Positions 29,132 to 37,013 of a stretch of DNA of 61,361 nucleotides are shown here, piece by piece (position 1 is the first letter of the stretch; every line of letters starts with the position of its first letter). Origin of the DNA: a virus (taxonomy: Duplodnaviria; Caudoviricetes). The stretch covers positions 1 through 61,361 of the IMG/VR virus record IMGVR_UViG_3300032285_001526; one strand, 5' to 3'. The notes under the pieces are model-generated. The model ran no database searches. It was not told the DNA's origin and saw nothing but the letters and a program-made list of their open reading frames with translations. The position numbers and the translations under genes are program-made.

Positions 29132-29317
29132 TTAGATGCGAACCCAACCGTTCTGAGTCATTTCCTTCCAAAGCTCGCGGGCTTCGTTAACCGAGAGCCA
29201 GCCAACGCTAGGGATGTGCTTGAAGTTTGTGTTGCTACGAACTTCAACCTTTTCGCCAAAGCGAGTGAAGGTTTCGGTGATGCCAGTGATTGTGTGCTTA
29301 AGGGTGAATGAGTTCAT
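29132..29317 (-). CDS. Hypothetical early protein
   Basis: MNSFTLKH...EARELWK....GW, directly after a promoter. Confidence 0.65.
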   Translation of the reverse strand: MNSFTLKHTITGITETFTRFGEKVEVRSNTNFKHIPSVGWLSVNEARELWKEMTQNGWVRI

Positions 29318-29338
29318 TTGATTCAGTGGATAAAGTTG

Positions 29339-29379
29339 GCTGACAGGGATCACTCTAGTGCATCCAAAGTGCATGTAAA
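29339..29379 (-). promoter_or_regulatory. Putative early promoter B
   Basis: TTTACA-N16-TAGAGT-N7-GTCAGC; ATGCAC occurs twice within the promoter. Confidence 0.55.
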
Positions 29380-29431
29380 TACTTTTTTCCACATTTTTAC
29401 AATTCCCTGCCGCAGCACAACTTACAGGCCA

Positions 29432-29695
29432 CTATCGTGCATGCAAACCAGCTTCTTTCGCTAATTCTTTCAGCACATTCATGCCGCTTCCCACTCTCGG
29501 AGTCTCCCCCGGCTTTGTGACCTTGTACGCAAGTCCCTGAGTTGTCGCTAGTTTCTGTGCCTGCGTATGTAGTCCTCGAACCTGCACAACAGACATTCCC
29601 AGATGGCGTGCTATCTCAGCGTATTCCATCTCTAAAGCTCTGAGCCAGAAGACCAAAGCTTGCTGTTTATTCGGTAAAGTCTTCGTCATTTTCAA
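29432..29695 (-). CDS. Sigma-70 region-4-like HTH protein
   Basis: QQALVFWLR...EYAEIARHLGMSVVQVR. Confidence 0.7.
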   Translation of the reverse strand: MKMTKTLPNKQQALVFWLRALEMEYAEIARHLGMSVVQVRGLHTQAQKLATTQGLAYKVTKPGETPRVGSGMNVLKELAKEAGLHAR

Positions 29696-29825
29696 AGATC
29701 ATTTTGCAATCCAGACACTCAGCCGTTTCCGGGCCAATGTTCACCACAACGCCGCCGCAGCGAACGCATTCCCACTCAGGCTCTTCATCTCGGGGATCAG
29801 AGTCCCCCGGGTATCCTACTGGCAT
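29667..29825 (-). CDS. Small zinc-ribbon protein
   Basis: CVRCGG...CLDC. Confidence 0.6.
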   Translation of the reverse strand: MPVGYPGDSDPRDEEPEWECVRCGGVVVNIGPETAECLDCKMIFENDEDFTE

Positions 29826-29826
29826 A

Positions 29827-30516
29827 TTAATTTGTCCTTTCTTTGGTTCTAAATGATTCCCAGTCACATACTGCTATCCCCCCGGTCTGGAGGATGCGGG
29901 AGACGACTGACTCTCCCATCGCTTCTTCAAACTGCTTACTGCTCTGGTTAGAAAGCAAAAGCGTGTCCTTCTTTGCTGAGTACCTTCGGTCAATAAGGTG
30001 GGTTAGCAACCTGTCTTCCCACTGGCTCTGACCCCGCTCCTGCATCTCGTCGAGCACCAGCAGATGAGGCTTAACGTAAAAGTCTATCACCGCTTTTTCC
30101 GACTTCACCCCATCGAACGACTCTTTAATGTCCAAAAAGAAGCCCATTGCCGAGCCGTAAAGGCACTTTCTACCCCTCTCTGCCGACGTTTGGCATAGAC
30201 TACAGCCAAGCTGGGTCTTTCCAGTGCCTCTCGGGCCAAGGAGCGCAATGATGAAACCGTCCCCGAGCCGGGCCTTAAGCCGGGTGTCGATGCGGTCCCA
30301 TTTCGGGTGCTTCGACTCAAACTTTTCCAAATTGCGCACCGGGAGCTTTGCCTCGGCAAGGATTGCTTGGGCTCTAATTCTGGCTTCTTTAGCAGACTGC
30401 TTTGCCTCGCGCTCCGCTAACTCTTCCTCTGATAACCCTTTATAGGTCGTTCCAGATGATGAGGTCATGCTTTGGCTCAGGAAACTCTCCACTACGTTTT
30501 TCAGCTCTGTGGTCAT
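29827..30516 (-). CDS. DnaC/IstB-like AAA+ ATPase (helicase loader)
   Basis: GPRGTGKT, LLVLDE, IDRRY, LLSN, SRI motifs. Confidence 0.9.
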   Translation of the reverse strand: MTTELKNVVESFLSQSMTSSSGTTYKGLSEEELAEREAKQSAKEARIRAQAILAEAKLPVRNLEKFESKHPKWDRIDTRLKARLGDGFIIALLGPRGTGKTQLGCSLCQTSAERGRKCLYGSAMGFFLDIKESFDGVKSEKAVIDFYVKPHLLVLDEMQERGQSQWEDRLLTHLIDRRYSAKKDTLLLSNQSSKQFEEAMGESVVSRILQTGGIAVCDWESFRTKERTN

Positions 30517-31198
30517 GCTTTTGTGGTGTATTCTTGCTGGAATTGAACTGGTTACGAAGCCAAGTGTTGAACGCAAGATTCCAGTTTTTCATTACGTTTC
30601 CCCGAGCGCAGTGGTAATCGCGAAAATTCTCAGCTTCGCGTTCGAGGTCTTTGCGTTCAATCGCTGCTATCTCTCGGTGATGATCGGTGGGAACCCAATC
30701 AGCAGGTAGTTGCTGCGCACGAGTTGCACGCACAGGAGCGGCAGCGACCTCTGTGTGTGTTAACACACTATTGGTTTCTGGTTTATGGTTTATGGTTTCT
30801 GGTTTGGTAGGTTCTGCCGTATACGGTAAATCTACCGTCGGAACACTTTCTTCTACCGTCGGTAACTTTGCCGTACTTTTCCCGTAGCGTTTCTGTATAC
30901 GGGCTCTTTGCTGGTCACCAAAGGTTCTGTACTTTGCAAGCGTCTCTTCGCACCGCTTATTGACCCACGCCCCGGTCTCCGAAAGCGTAAAAAACTCGCT
31001 CAAGATTGCTCGAACAGCTTCCTTTTCTTCCACAGTCCTTGCGCTCAACTTGCGGCTCAACGTCTCAATGTCCATTTGAATTGGACCGTCCCCGGCGTAA
31101 TAAATATCGAGCAGTCGAGAGTACACCCCGTGTTCTAATAGCGTTAGGTGCCCAGTGTCGCGGAGGTAATCTCCAATATGCCGAGGGTAATGTTTCAT
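30440..31198 (-). CDS. DUF1376/YdaU-family replication initiator with DnaT-like C-terminus
   Basis: YPRHIGDY..DT.HLTLLEHGVY..LLD.YY; LPADWVP..FRDY..W..AF.TW. Confidence 0.9.
   Translation of the reverse strand: MKHYPRHIGDYLRDTGHLTLLEHGVYSRLLDIYYAGDGPIQMDIETLSRKLSARTVEEKEAVRAILSEFFTLSETGAWVNKRCEETLAKYRTFGDQQRARIQKRYGKSTAKLPTVEESVPTVDLPYTAEPTKPETINHKPETNSVLTHTEVAAAPVRATRAQQLPADWVPTDHHREIAAIERKDLEREAENFRDYHCARGNVMKNWNLAFNTWLRNQFNSSKNTPQKHDHRAEKRSGEFPEPKHDLIIWNDL
30772..30886. repeat. Iteron-like repeats inside the initiator gene (candidate origin)
   Basis: Tandem TGGTTT(A/C) heptamers next to TCTACCGTCGG x2 and further CCGTA copies. Confidence 0.55.
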
Positions 31199-31338
31199 TG
31201 GCCTTTTTGTTGACGGTGCTTTTCCCATCGAGCAGCAGCAGCCTTGCGACATTGTTCTGGAGTCCTTGCCTTGCTAACACCAGTGCCAGCAGCTCCACCG
31301 AGTCGCCCGAGTGCAACCGCATGCGGGTTCTTTGGCAT
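31195..31338 (-). CDS. Small basic KNPxAVALGRLGG-family protein (47 aa)
   Basis: MPKNPHAVALGRLGG...KAR..EQCRKAAAARW. Confidence 0.8.
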   Translation of the reverse strand: MPKNPHAVALGRLGGAAGTGVSKARTPEQCRKAAAARWEKHRQQKGQ

Positions 31339-31364
31339 ATTAGCGGAATCGCTAGCGCAGTCAA
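31337..31364 (-). promoter_or_regulatory. Putative sigma70-like promoter upstream of the replication genes
   Basis: TTGACT-N16-TAATAT. Confidence 0.4.
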
Positions 31365-31395
31365 CGGCAGCGGTCTGAGATTGTTTTTTCATAAT

Positions 31396-31812
31396 TTAAA
31401 TAGGCTGAATGCGAACCCGGATCGAAGGCTCTTCGTCTTTAGCTGCGTACCATTTTGTGAGGTGCAGGTCGGCTATCTGACTGTCATCCTGCCAGAATGC
31501 CTTGAGAGCGTCCTGTAGCCCTTTCTGAAGGTTGTCTACGTCCGGGCGTTTAGTGTGCGGGACACGCCCCGGGGAATGCTTCTTTCCCATCAATGCCTGC
31601 GGTCGCTTAATCACGAACGTCACTTCCATATAGATAGGCCCGGTGAACGGCTGCTCAGGCAAATAAGGAGCAGAAAGGCGGGCAATCTGAGCATCCCAGT
31701 CAGATGCCCGCTTCTGTTTAAAAAACACTGGTCGTCCGCCCCTCACCATTACCCGCTTGCCAGCGAATTGGATGCTCATTGGGTCAACGGGTAAGGTGAA
31801 GGCTATTTCCAT
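31396..31812 (-). CDS. rusA: RusA-family Holliday junction resolvase
   Basis: RPDVDNLQK...DAL...WQDDSQI. Confidence 0.92.
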   Translation of the reverse strand: MEIAFTLPVDPMSIQFAGKRVMVRGGRPVFFKQKRASDWDAQIARLSAPYLPEQPFTGPIYMEVTFVIKRPQALMGKKHSPGRVPHTKRPDVDNLQKGLQDALKAFWQDDSQIADLHLTKWYAAKDEEPSIRVRIQPI

Positions 31813-32372
31813 TAAAACGGAATGTCGTCGGACTCTAGGTCTTCGTTGAATGTCTTAGCATTAACCGTTTTGTGCGGCTTAAGCTCGGCTTGCGTAGGCT
31901 GCTCTGTCAGGAAGTTCTGGCTCACTGACTTCAACTCCCGAGCGAGTGCCTCAAACGACCTAGCGTCCACTGGCTTGCCTTCAAACGAATCGCCGCCAGT
32001 AGAAGCCCGGTCGGGATCATTAAGCCACTTTGCGTTGATGAAGGGCTTGCCGTTCTTCCCGACCTTAACCTCACCATTGCCATCCTTGTCGTAATCGCAG
32101 ACAACTGCCACTCGCTTGCCGCTGATAATGTCAGCGTTCTGCATCAGCAATGCAGCCCAGTTTGCTGGGGCCTTTAAAGCTTCAATCATCGCTTTAGCTG
32201 CCCGAGTCTTGCCTCCGTCGGTGGACAAGTATGCCGACCAGACGATCCGCTTGCCGTCCTCGGTGGACAGAGGGATGCGCAAAACTACTCTGCCTTTATC
32301 ATCCTGATGTAGGTAAGTTGCGTTCTCTTCGACGTAAGCAATGTACGTCCCGGGTTCTGTAATGTAGCTCAT
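31812..32372 (-). CDS. Single-stranded DNA-binding-like protein
   Basis: EPGTY N-terminus, acidic DDIPF tail, between recombinase and RusA. Confidence 0.7.
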   Translation of the reverse strand: MSYITEPGTYIAYVEENATYLHQDDKGRVVLRIPLSTEDGKRIVWSAYLSTDGGKTRAAKAMIEALKAPANWAALLMQNADIISGKRVAVVCDYDKDGNGEVKVGKNGKPFINAKWLNDPDRASTGGDSFEGKPVDARSFEALARELKSVSQNFLTEQPTQAELKPHKTVNAKTFNEDLESDDIPF

Positions 32373-32373
32373 G

Positions 32374-33066
32374 TTATTTGGATTCTAACTGTGATTTGCG
32401 TGCGTCCTTCAGTGCTGTCAATTCAGCCTTTTCTTCTTCACTCTGCGCCGACCGCATTGCGGCAGTGTAAACTTTGCGTAGCACCTCAATACTATCAGCG
32501 GCTGCGATAGCATCAGTAGCCGTCAATTCCTGCTCGGGAACGTATTTTAATTCCATCACTGGGGCAGGGGCTGAAATAGCCCGAGCGGGAGCGGGAGTAA
32601 TGTCAATGCTCTCAACTTCCTCGGGAGTGTAAACGCCGCAGACAACGCCGGGGTAAACAGTGCGAACCCCTTCCGAGATGCACCGGGACCGCAGCATAGC
32701 CCGGGAATACTTTTGCCAAGTCCCGTTGCCGAGGAGTTGCGCTTTCTTTGCCATTTCCATCGTCCAACTGATCTCCACCTCGCCCCCGGCGGAATGCGAG
32801 AACACTGCTGTCGCCTCCTGATCGGTCAACTTCACCCAACGGACCTTGCCTCCAGCCTGCTGGAAACGAGCAAGGATTGCGTCCGCTTTGAGAGTTGGGC
32901 GACCACTGATGACGTGATAGTCGCGGAGAGCTAATGCTGGGCTGATGCCCTCTGCCTGAGCGATGAGCATGAGTGCCGCAGCTTGCTCGGGTGATTTGAT
33001 TCCAAATAGCCCGCTCTTGCTTCCAAGCGTAGCCATCCGTTCAATTGTTTCGATGCTTAGTTCCAT
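32374..33066 (-). CDS. RecT/Redbeta-like single-strand annealing protein
   Basis: HVISGRPTL, W..Y.RAMLR.R.IS...R..YP...GVYTPEE. Confidence 0.85.
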   Translation of the reverse strand: MELSIETIERMATLGSKSGLFGIKSPEQAAALMLIAQAEGISPALALRDYHVISGRPTLKADAILARFQQAGGKVRWVKLTDQEATAVFSHSAGGEVEISWTMEMAKKAQLLGNGTWQKYSRAMLRSRCISEGVRTVYPGVVCGVYTPEEVESIDITPAPARAISAPAPVMELKYVPEQELTATDAIAAADSIEVLRKVYTAAMRSAQSEEEKAELTALKDARKSQLESK

Positions 33067-33079
33067 ATGTATGTATTTG

Positions 33080-34036
33080 CTAGATTTGTACCAACGATTT
33101 GCTTGCAGTTTTTGACTCTACCGCTTGTTCAGGGAAAGGCAATTCTTTCGGCCAGATCTCGCGGAATTTCTTTTCACTCATCGCACCCTGAGCCTCAAGC
33201 AGCTTCTCAATTGTAATGGGGCCAATAGCTCCGAGCTGGTTCTGAACGCTAATGTATTTGCTGGTGCGTCCTTTCTGTAGCTTCCACCCCGGAACCTCGC
33301 CGCCAGATTCGAGCACTTCTCGGGCTTTGTCCTTTGCGGAATCCCAGAACTTCTCGAACACTTTGCATTTTGCGAGGAAGTCCCCAAGGCGCACCGGGTC
33401 TGCTAGCACCGCAGCAAACGAGTCCTCAGTCGTTGCTAGACTGGAGTCGAGCGCAGCCATCCGGGGGGCGCAGGTCTCCACTTTTGAGCACCAGTTGCAG
33501 TACTCACACACTGACGGTTTCTTTTCCGGGTTAGAAACCGTAGCTACAATGCCGTCAACCAATGCCTGCGCTTCGGCGTAGGTAAACTCAAACGAGACGA
33601 CTTTTTGAGCGTCACAGAACAGCAGGTGAGCTGTCCAGTTATCAACAAAGTATTGCTCCATCAGCCCGAGCGCATACGCAGCCATCTGTTCCCGGTAATT
33701 ACGGACGAGACCGGACTTGAGGTCAGCGTGAAACCACTTGCCGGGGACGACAGCATCGCAAGTCCCGGTCATGCCGTTGGGCAGTGTGACTTTGCACAGT
33801 TCGTCTGTCGTGATGCAGTGCGACCCATCAGCAAGTTGTTTGAGCGTGTCGGTTGCCCAGATTACGGCTGATGCGTCCTCAGTTTCGAGGGCAGGCAGTT
33901 CGTTACCCTGCATAACGCTACGAAACACCTCGTCAAGGCGGGTGCCTCGCTGCGCTGCTGGGGATGATTCGCCGGGAGCGGACTCGTAGCAGGGACAGGC
34001 TGCGAGCTTAGGTAGTGATGATGGTCTGATATTCAT
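33080..34036 (-). CDS. PD-(D/E)XK exonuclease (DUF2800/Cas4-like)
   Basis: PSS....CP, GTCD, DLKSG, QMAAYALG, C..C.WC....C. Confidence 0.85.
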   Translation of the reverse strand: MNIRPSSLPKLAACPCYESAPGESSPAAQRGTRLDEVFRSVMQGNELPALETEDASAVIWATDTLKQLADGSHCITTDELCKVTLPNGMTGTCDAVVPGKWFHADLKSGLVRNYREQMAAYALGLMEQYFVDNWTAHLLFCDAQKVVSFEFTYAEAQALVDGIVATVSNPEKKPSVCEYCNWCSKVETCAPRMAALDSSLATTEDSFAAVLADPVRLGDFLAKCKVFEKFWDSAKDKAREVLESGGEVPGWKLQKGRTSKYISVQNQLGAIGPITIEKLLEAQGAMSEKKFREIWPKELPFPEQAVESKTASKSLVQI

Positions 34037-34641
34037 ACGGTTTCTAGTTCTTCAGTTTCTTCAATGTCTTCACCGAGCACTCGACGCTCGGCTACAAGTT
34101 TAGGATAGCCACAGGCAACAAGGTTTTTGCGTAGGGCTTCGTTGGAAATAAAGTTGGTCGGCTTAAAGCCATCAAGCCACTGGTCAAAAGGAGTGAATCG
34201 ATTGGTGCATTCCCGTTCTGCAAAAATATCCCACCAGATGACGCAAGCGGTGTGAGCCCGCTCTGACTCTGGGAGGAAGCCGAGCTGCCAAACCCATTCT
34301 AGCGGTTTTCTTTCCCGTTTGAGGGCTTGAAACGCACGACAGGCGTAATGCATCTCCTCCTCCTGTTTGGTGTAAGCTCTCCAGCTTTGGTCGTAGATTC
34401 CTTTGCAGAATGTGTAGAGCCTCTGGAAGGCTTCCTCTGTAAGCTTTAGTTGGGTGATTCGAGCATCACGCCGCTCGGTTGGCAAATTGTGGATTGTGAT
34501 GATTTTGCGAACCATTGAGGTGGTCCGATACACGCCTCGAAGCAACTCAAGAACTTTCTTTTGAGTGCGGTCTTTGCCAGTGCAGTTTGCCAGCATTTCG
34601 CGGGCAAGAGCTGCGTCCCATTTCTTGAGGTTTTTTCTCAT
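34033..34641 (-). CDS. Hypothetical protein
   Basis: 202 aa coupled ORF. Confidence 0.7.
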   Translation of the reverse strand: MRKNLKKWDAALAREMLANCTGKDRTQKKVLELLRGVYRTTSMVRKIITIHNLPTERRDARITQLKLTEEAFQRLYTFCKGIYDQSWRAYTKQEEEMHYACRAFQALKRERKPLEWVWQLGFLPESERAHTACVIWWDIFAERECTNRFTPFDQWLDGFKPTNFISNEALRKNLVACGYPKLVAERRVLGEDIEETEELETV

Positions 34642-34901
34642 TACTTACGAGCCTCCAACGCGCAAAGGATTACGAAAATGGAAGAAGGCACAGTGAGCAC
34701 TCCGAGGATGAGTGCTTCGACGTAATTGTCGGCAAAATGCGCCAGAGCAAGGCCGTCGCAAATGAGTATTATCACTCCGATAGTTAGCCAGATTGCAGCA
34801 GTTAAGCGAGTGCGCTTGAGCGTGTTTTCTGGAAGGTACGGGTTGTCTAACCACGCTGGTTGGATGATGCGCGTGTCGCGTTTATAGGTTTTTTCTGGCA
34901 T
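34641..34901 (-). CDS. Two-TM membrane protein, first gene of the early operon
   Basis: MPEKTYK start after promoter A; two hydrophobic helices. Confidence 0.65.
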   Translation of the reverse strand: MPEKTYKRDTRIIQPAWLDNPYLPENTLKRTRLTAAIWLTIGVIILICDGLALAHFADNYVEALILGVLTVPSSIFVILCALEARK

Positions 34902-34925
34902 ATTTATGTATATTTGATGGTTGCT

Positions 34926-34967
34926 GCTGACGTTGAGAACACTAAGGTCAACCGCTTGTGCTGTACA
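34926..34967 (-). promoter_or_regulatory. Putative early promoter A
   Basis: TGTACA-N17-TAGTGT-N7-GTCAGC; ATGCAC-A-GTGCAT palindrome just upstream. Confidence 0.5.
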
Positions 34968-35007
34968 CACAAAAATGCACTGTGCATGCAAATAGTTTGC
35001 AACCTGC

Positions 35008-35181
35008 TCAGTAGACGTACTTTGTGCGACCGTCTTTTTGCTTAAACGGCTTACCTTTTAGGGCTCCAGACCACCGAATTTCGTCAAATCTAGACCGATA
35101 CTTTGCTCTGTCCACCGGGCGAGGCTCGTCTCCCTTGCCTGCCCCGTGGCTAAACTGGTTTGACTTAATGGGTTGCGACAT
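35008..35181 (-). CDS. Small hypothetical protein
   Basis: GAGKGD.PRPVD..KY...FD.I motif. Confidence 0.7.
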   Translation of the reverse strand: MSQPIKSNQFSHGAGKGDEPRPVDRAKYRSRFDEIRWSGALKGKPFKQKDGRTKYVY

Positions 35182-35368
35182 ATGGATCAATGTTGAACGT
35201 GCTGTTCTTTTCTATCTTGAGCTGGTCGGATCTGAAGTGCCGAATGTTGCCATCGTTCAGCACAACAGCCCAAACATCATTGGCAAAAGTGCCTGAGTTC
35301 GTGACATATATAGCCATCCCGTCACCCAGCTCTGTCTTGACAGGAATTGGATTCCTGAACTCAAGCAT
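35165..35368 (-). CDS. Small hypothetical protein
   Basis: EFRNPIPV.T.LG.G.AIYV...ND.W.V motif. Confidence 0.75.
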   Translation of the reverse strand: MLEFRNPIPVKTELGDGMAIYVTNSGTFANDVWAVVLNDGNIRHFRSDQLKIEKNSTFNIDPYVATH

Positions 35369-35526
35369 CACTTCAACGTGTTTTTTGTCGGAAGCCCTTT
35401 CTTGAGCCCGCCAATCTTGCTGTTGAGACTCTTCTTCTTCTCGGGACTCAAACGGCTACTGCGCAGTTCCTGTTGAGTCTCAGTGATTTCGATATGACGC
35501 TGGAGGTGAGGATTCTTGTTTTTCAT
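35368..35526 (-). CDS. Small basic protein, 52 aa
   Basis: Hand translation MKNKNPHLQRHIE...KNTLK; overlaps with both neighbours. Confidence 0.55.
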   Translation of the reverse strand: MKNKNPHLQRHIEITETQQELRSSRLSPEKKKSLNSKIGGLKKGLPTKNTLK

Positions 35527-35708
35527 ACGTTGGGATCTTTCCTTCCTGTGAGCAAGTGCCTGCGAATGATATCAGTACGCTTCGGTCGAGCCTCTTTGCT
35601 GCCACCAGTCTCAGACGCAGCAGGAGCCGCATGTGACCGGGGGGCAGCAGCTTCCGCAGCACCGGGAGTCTTACTGTGCGTTCTGCTGTAGCTGTTCTTT
35701 GCTTTCAT
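35523..35708 (-). CDS. Small basic low-complexity protein
   Basis: ORF track; stop overlaps the next start. Confidence 0.5.
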   Translation of the reverse strand: MKAKNSYSRTHSKTPGAAEAAAPRSHAAPAASETGGSKEARPKRTDIIRRHLLTGRKDPNV

Positions 35709-35880
35709 TGGCGAAGTCTTTTACCTCTCCAGAAATCTTTTCAAGCAGTGCGCTTGCGACCATCAGTCTGAACGCAAACTGGTTAGCCTGCTCAATAAGG
35801 TCTTTGGCAATCTCCTGAGCTGTCGCGCCTTGGAGATTGAGGTTGTCGATGGTTTGTTGAATAGAATCAGGGAGTTGCAT
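35671..35880 (-). CDS. Small helical protein
   Basis: TAATG-coupled ORF. Confidence 0.6.
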   Translation of the reverse strand: MQLPDSIQQTIDNLNLQGATAQEIAKDLIEQANQFAFRLMVASALLEKISGEVKDFANESKEQLQQNAQ

Positions 35881-36089
35881 TACATTTTATTCCGTTTGGG
35901 CATGCGCTTCCGTTTGGACTGAGCAACGATGACCTTTGCATCTTTGGGCATCTTTGGAGTCTTGCCCCCGGTCGGCATTTTGGGCTCTTTGGCAGGCTTA
36001 GGCATCTCGCCTTTAGCTGCGTCAAGACCTACGTTAATCTCTGGTGATGCGAACTTTAGTGTCGCAGAGGAGGAGGATTGCGCTTTCAT
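35880..36089 (-). CDS. Small Lys/Pro-rich protein with MPK/MPT repeats
   Basis: EMPK..PKMPT..PKMPK..RMPK. Confidence 0.65.
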   Translation of the reverse strand: MKAQSSSSATLKFASPEINVGLDAAKGEMPKPAKEPKMPTGGKTPKMPKDAKVIVAQSKRKRMPKRNKM

Positions 36090-36310
36090 TTGAAGAGTTC
36101 GTTGTGGAATTTCTCAGCCAGCAGGAAAGCATCAAGTACTGCTTCCTCTGGTGCCCCATAATAGTTTGGGTTCGTGAGTAATGCATGCAAAATCACAAGC
36201 GCAGAGTATTCACGCACGCCTATGCCAGTGTTGCCTCTGTAGGACGGGTTAACCTCGTCACCTGCATAAGGGGCAACGGGAAACACCGGGAAGTTTTTGG
36301 GATATGTCAT
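36086..36310 (-). CDS. Hypothetical protein (FP...GxxxRxY family-like)
   Basis: FPVFP..GIGVREYSA....AFLLAE. Confidence 0.65.
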   Translation of the reverse strand: MTYPKNFPVFPVAPYAGDEVNPSYRGNTGIGVREYSALVILHALLTNPNYYGAPEEAVLDAFLLAEKFHNELFK

Positions 36311-36311
36311 T

Positions 36312-37013
36312 TTAAAAGGATCTAGTCTGCCAAAGCTTCCGGGCTGCATTTAACTCAATCTGCGGCTTGCCGATACGCTCGTTGACTGCGTTGTGGAACC
36401 TGACGCTCCAGTCAAATAGGTTGAAGTAGTCAGGGGGATTCTGGTTGATCCACTGGTCGGCGTGATCCTTGCAGGGACAGGCATCGAACGGGAGGTCTCC
36501 GTACCAGTCTAGAAACCAATTGTGGACGGCTCTGCGCTTGCTGTCGTTGCGTAGGGCAAACAAGTGCAACTCTGCCCAGTGCCGGGCACCTTCGAGGAGG
36601 ATGCGGCTATTCCGTAACTCACCCCGCTTCTCAATGCGCTCTACCTCGTTTCCAACATCAAACACCCACTTGTCGTGAGCTTTCCAGTCAGTCCGGGTTG
36701 CCGTCGCGCACTCTTTCTCAATAGCCATCGCGATGACGTGTTGCTTGTGGTATGGGGCATTCTGGTCGTCCCCGGGCTCCTCAAGCAGCGGATTATCTGT
36801 ATCCCACTTGGTGACCATTTCATCAGTGATGCCGTCCCGCTTGCACAGGTACGCCTCAATCATCTCGTGAATGGCCACCAGCAGGACGGAAACATCGTTC
36901 CCGCCATACTCAGGCACAGTCAGCATTAGAGCCCCATCAGCAAGCCATTCCCAGTCGCCTGCGGTGGGATACCGCATTGCGCTGGGATCTACAGTCTTGA
37001 TCTCAATCCTCAT
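36312..37013 (-). CDS. HExxE metal-binding/peptidase-like domain fused to Erv1/Alr-like sulfhydryl oxidase
   Basis: N-term RY.T.GDW, AIHEMIE, EPGDD..APYH.QH; C-term W.ELH, LPFDACPCKDH, W...FHNAVNERIGKP. Confidence 0.8.
   Translation of the reverse strand: MRIEIKTVDPSAMRYPTAGDWEWLADGALMLTVPEYGGNDVSVLLVAIHEMIEAYLCKRDGITDEMVTKWDTDNPLLEEPGDDQNAPYHKQHVIAMAIEKECATATRTDWKAHDKWVFDVGNEVERIEKRGELRNSRILLEGARHWAELHLFALRNDSKRRAVHNWFLDWYGDLPFDACPCKDHADQWINQNPPDYFNLFDWSVRFHNAVNERIGKPQIELNAARKLWQTRSF

Noticed and set aside
33080-34036. CRISPR-associated cas4
   Set aside because: Sits beside a RecT-like gene as a recombination exonuclease; no array or other cas genes
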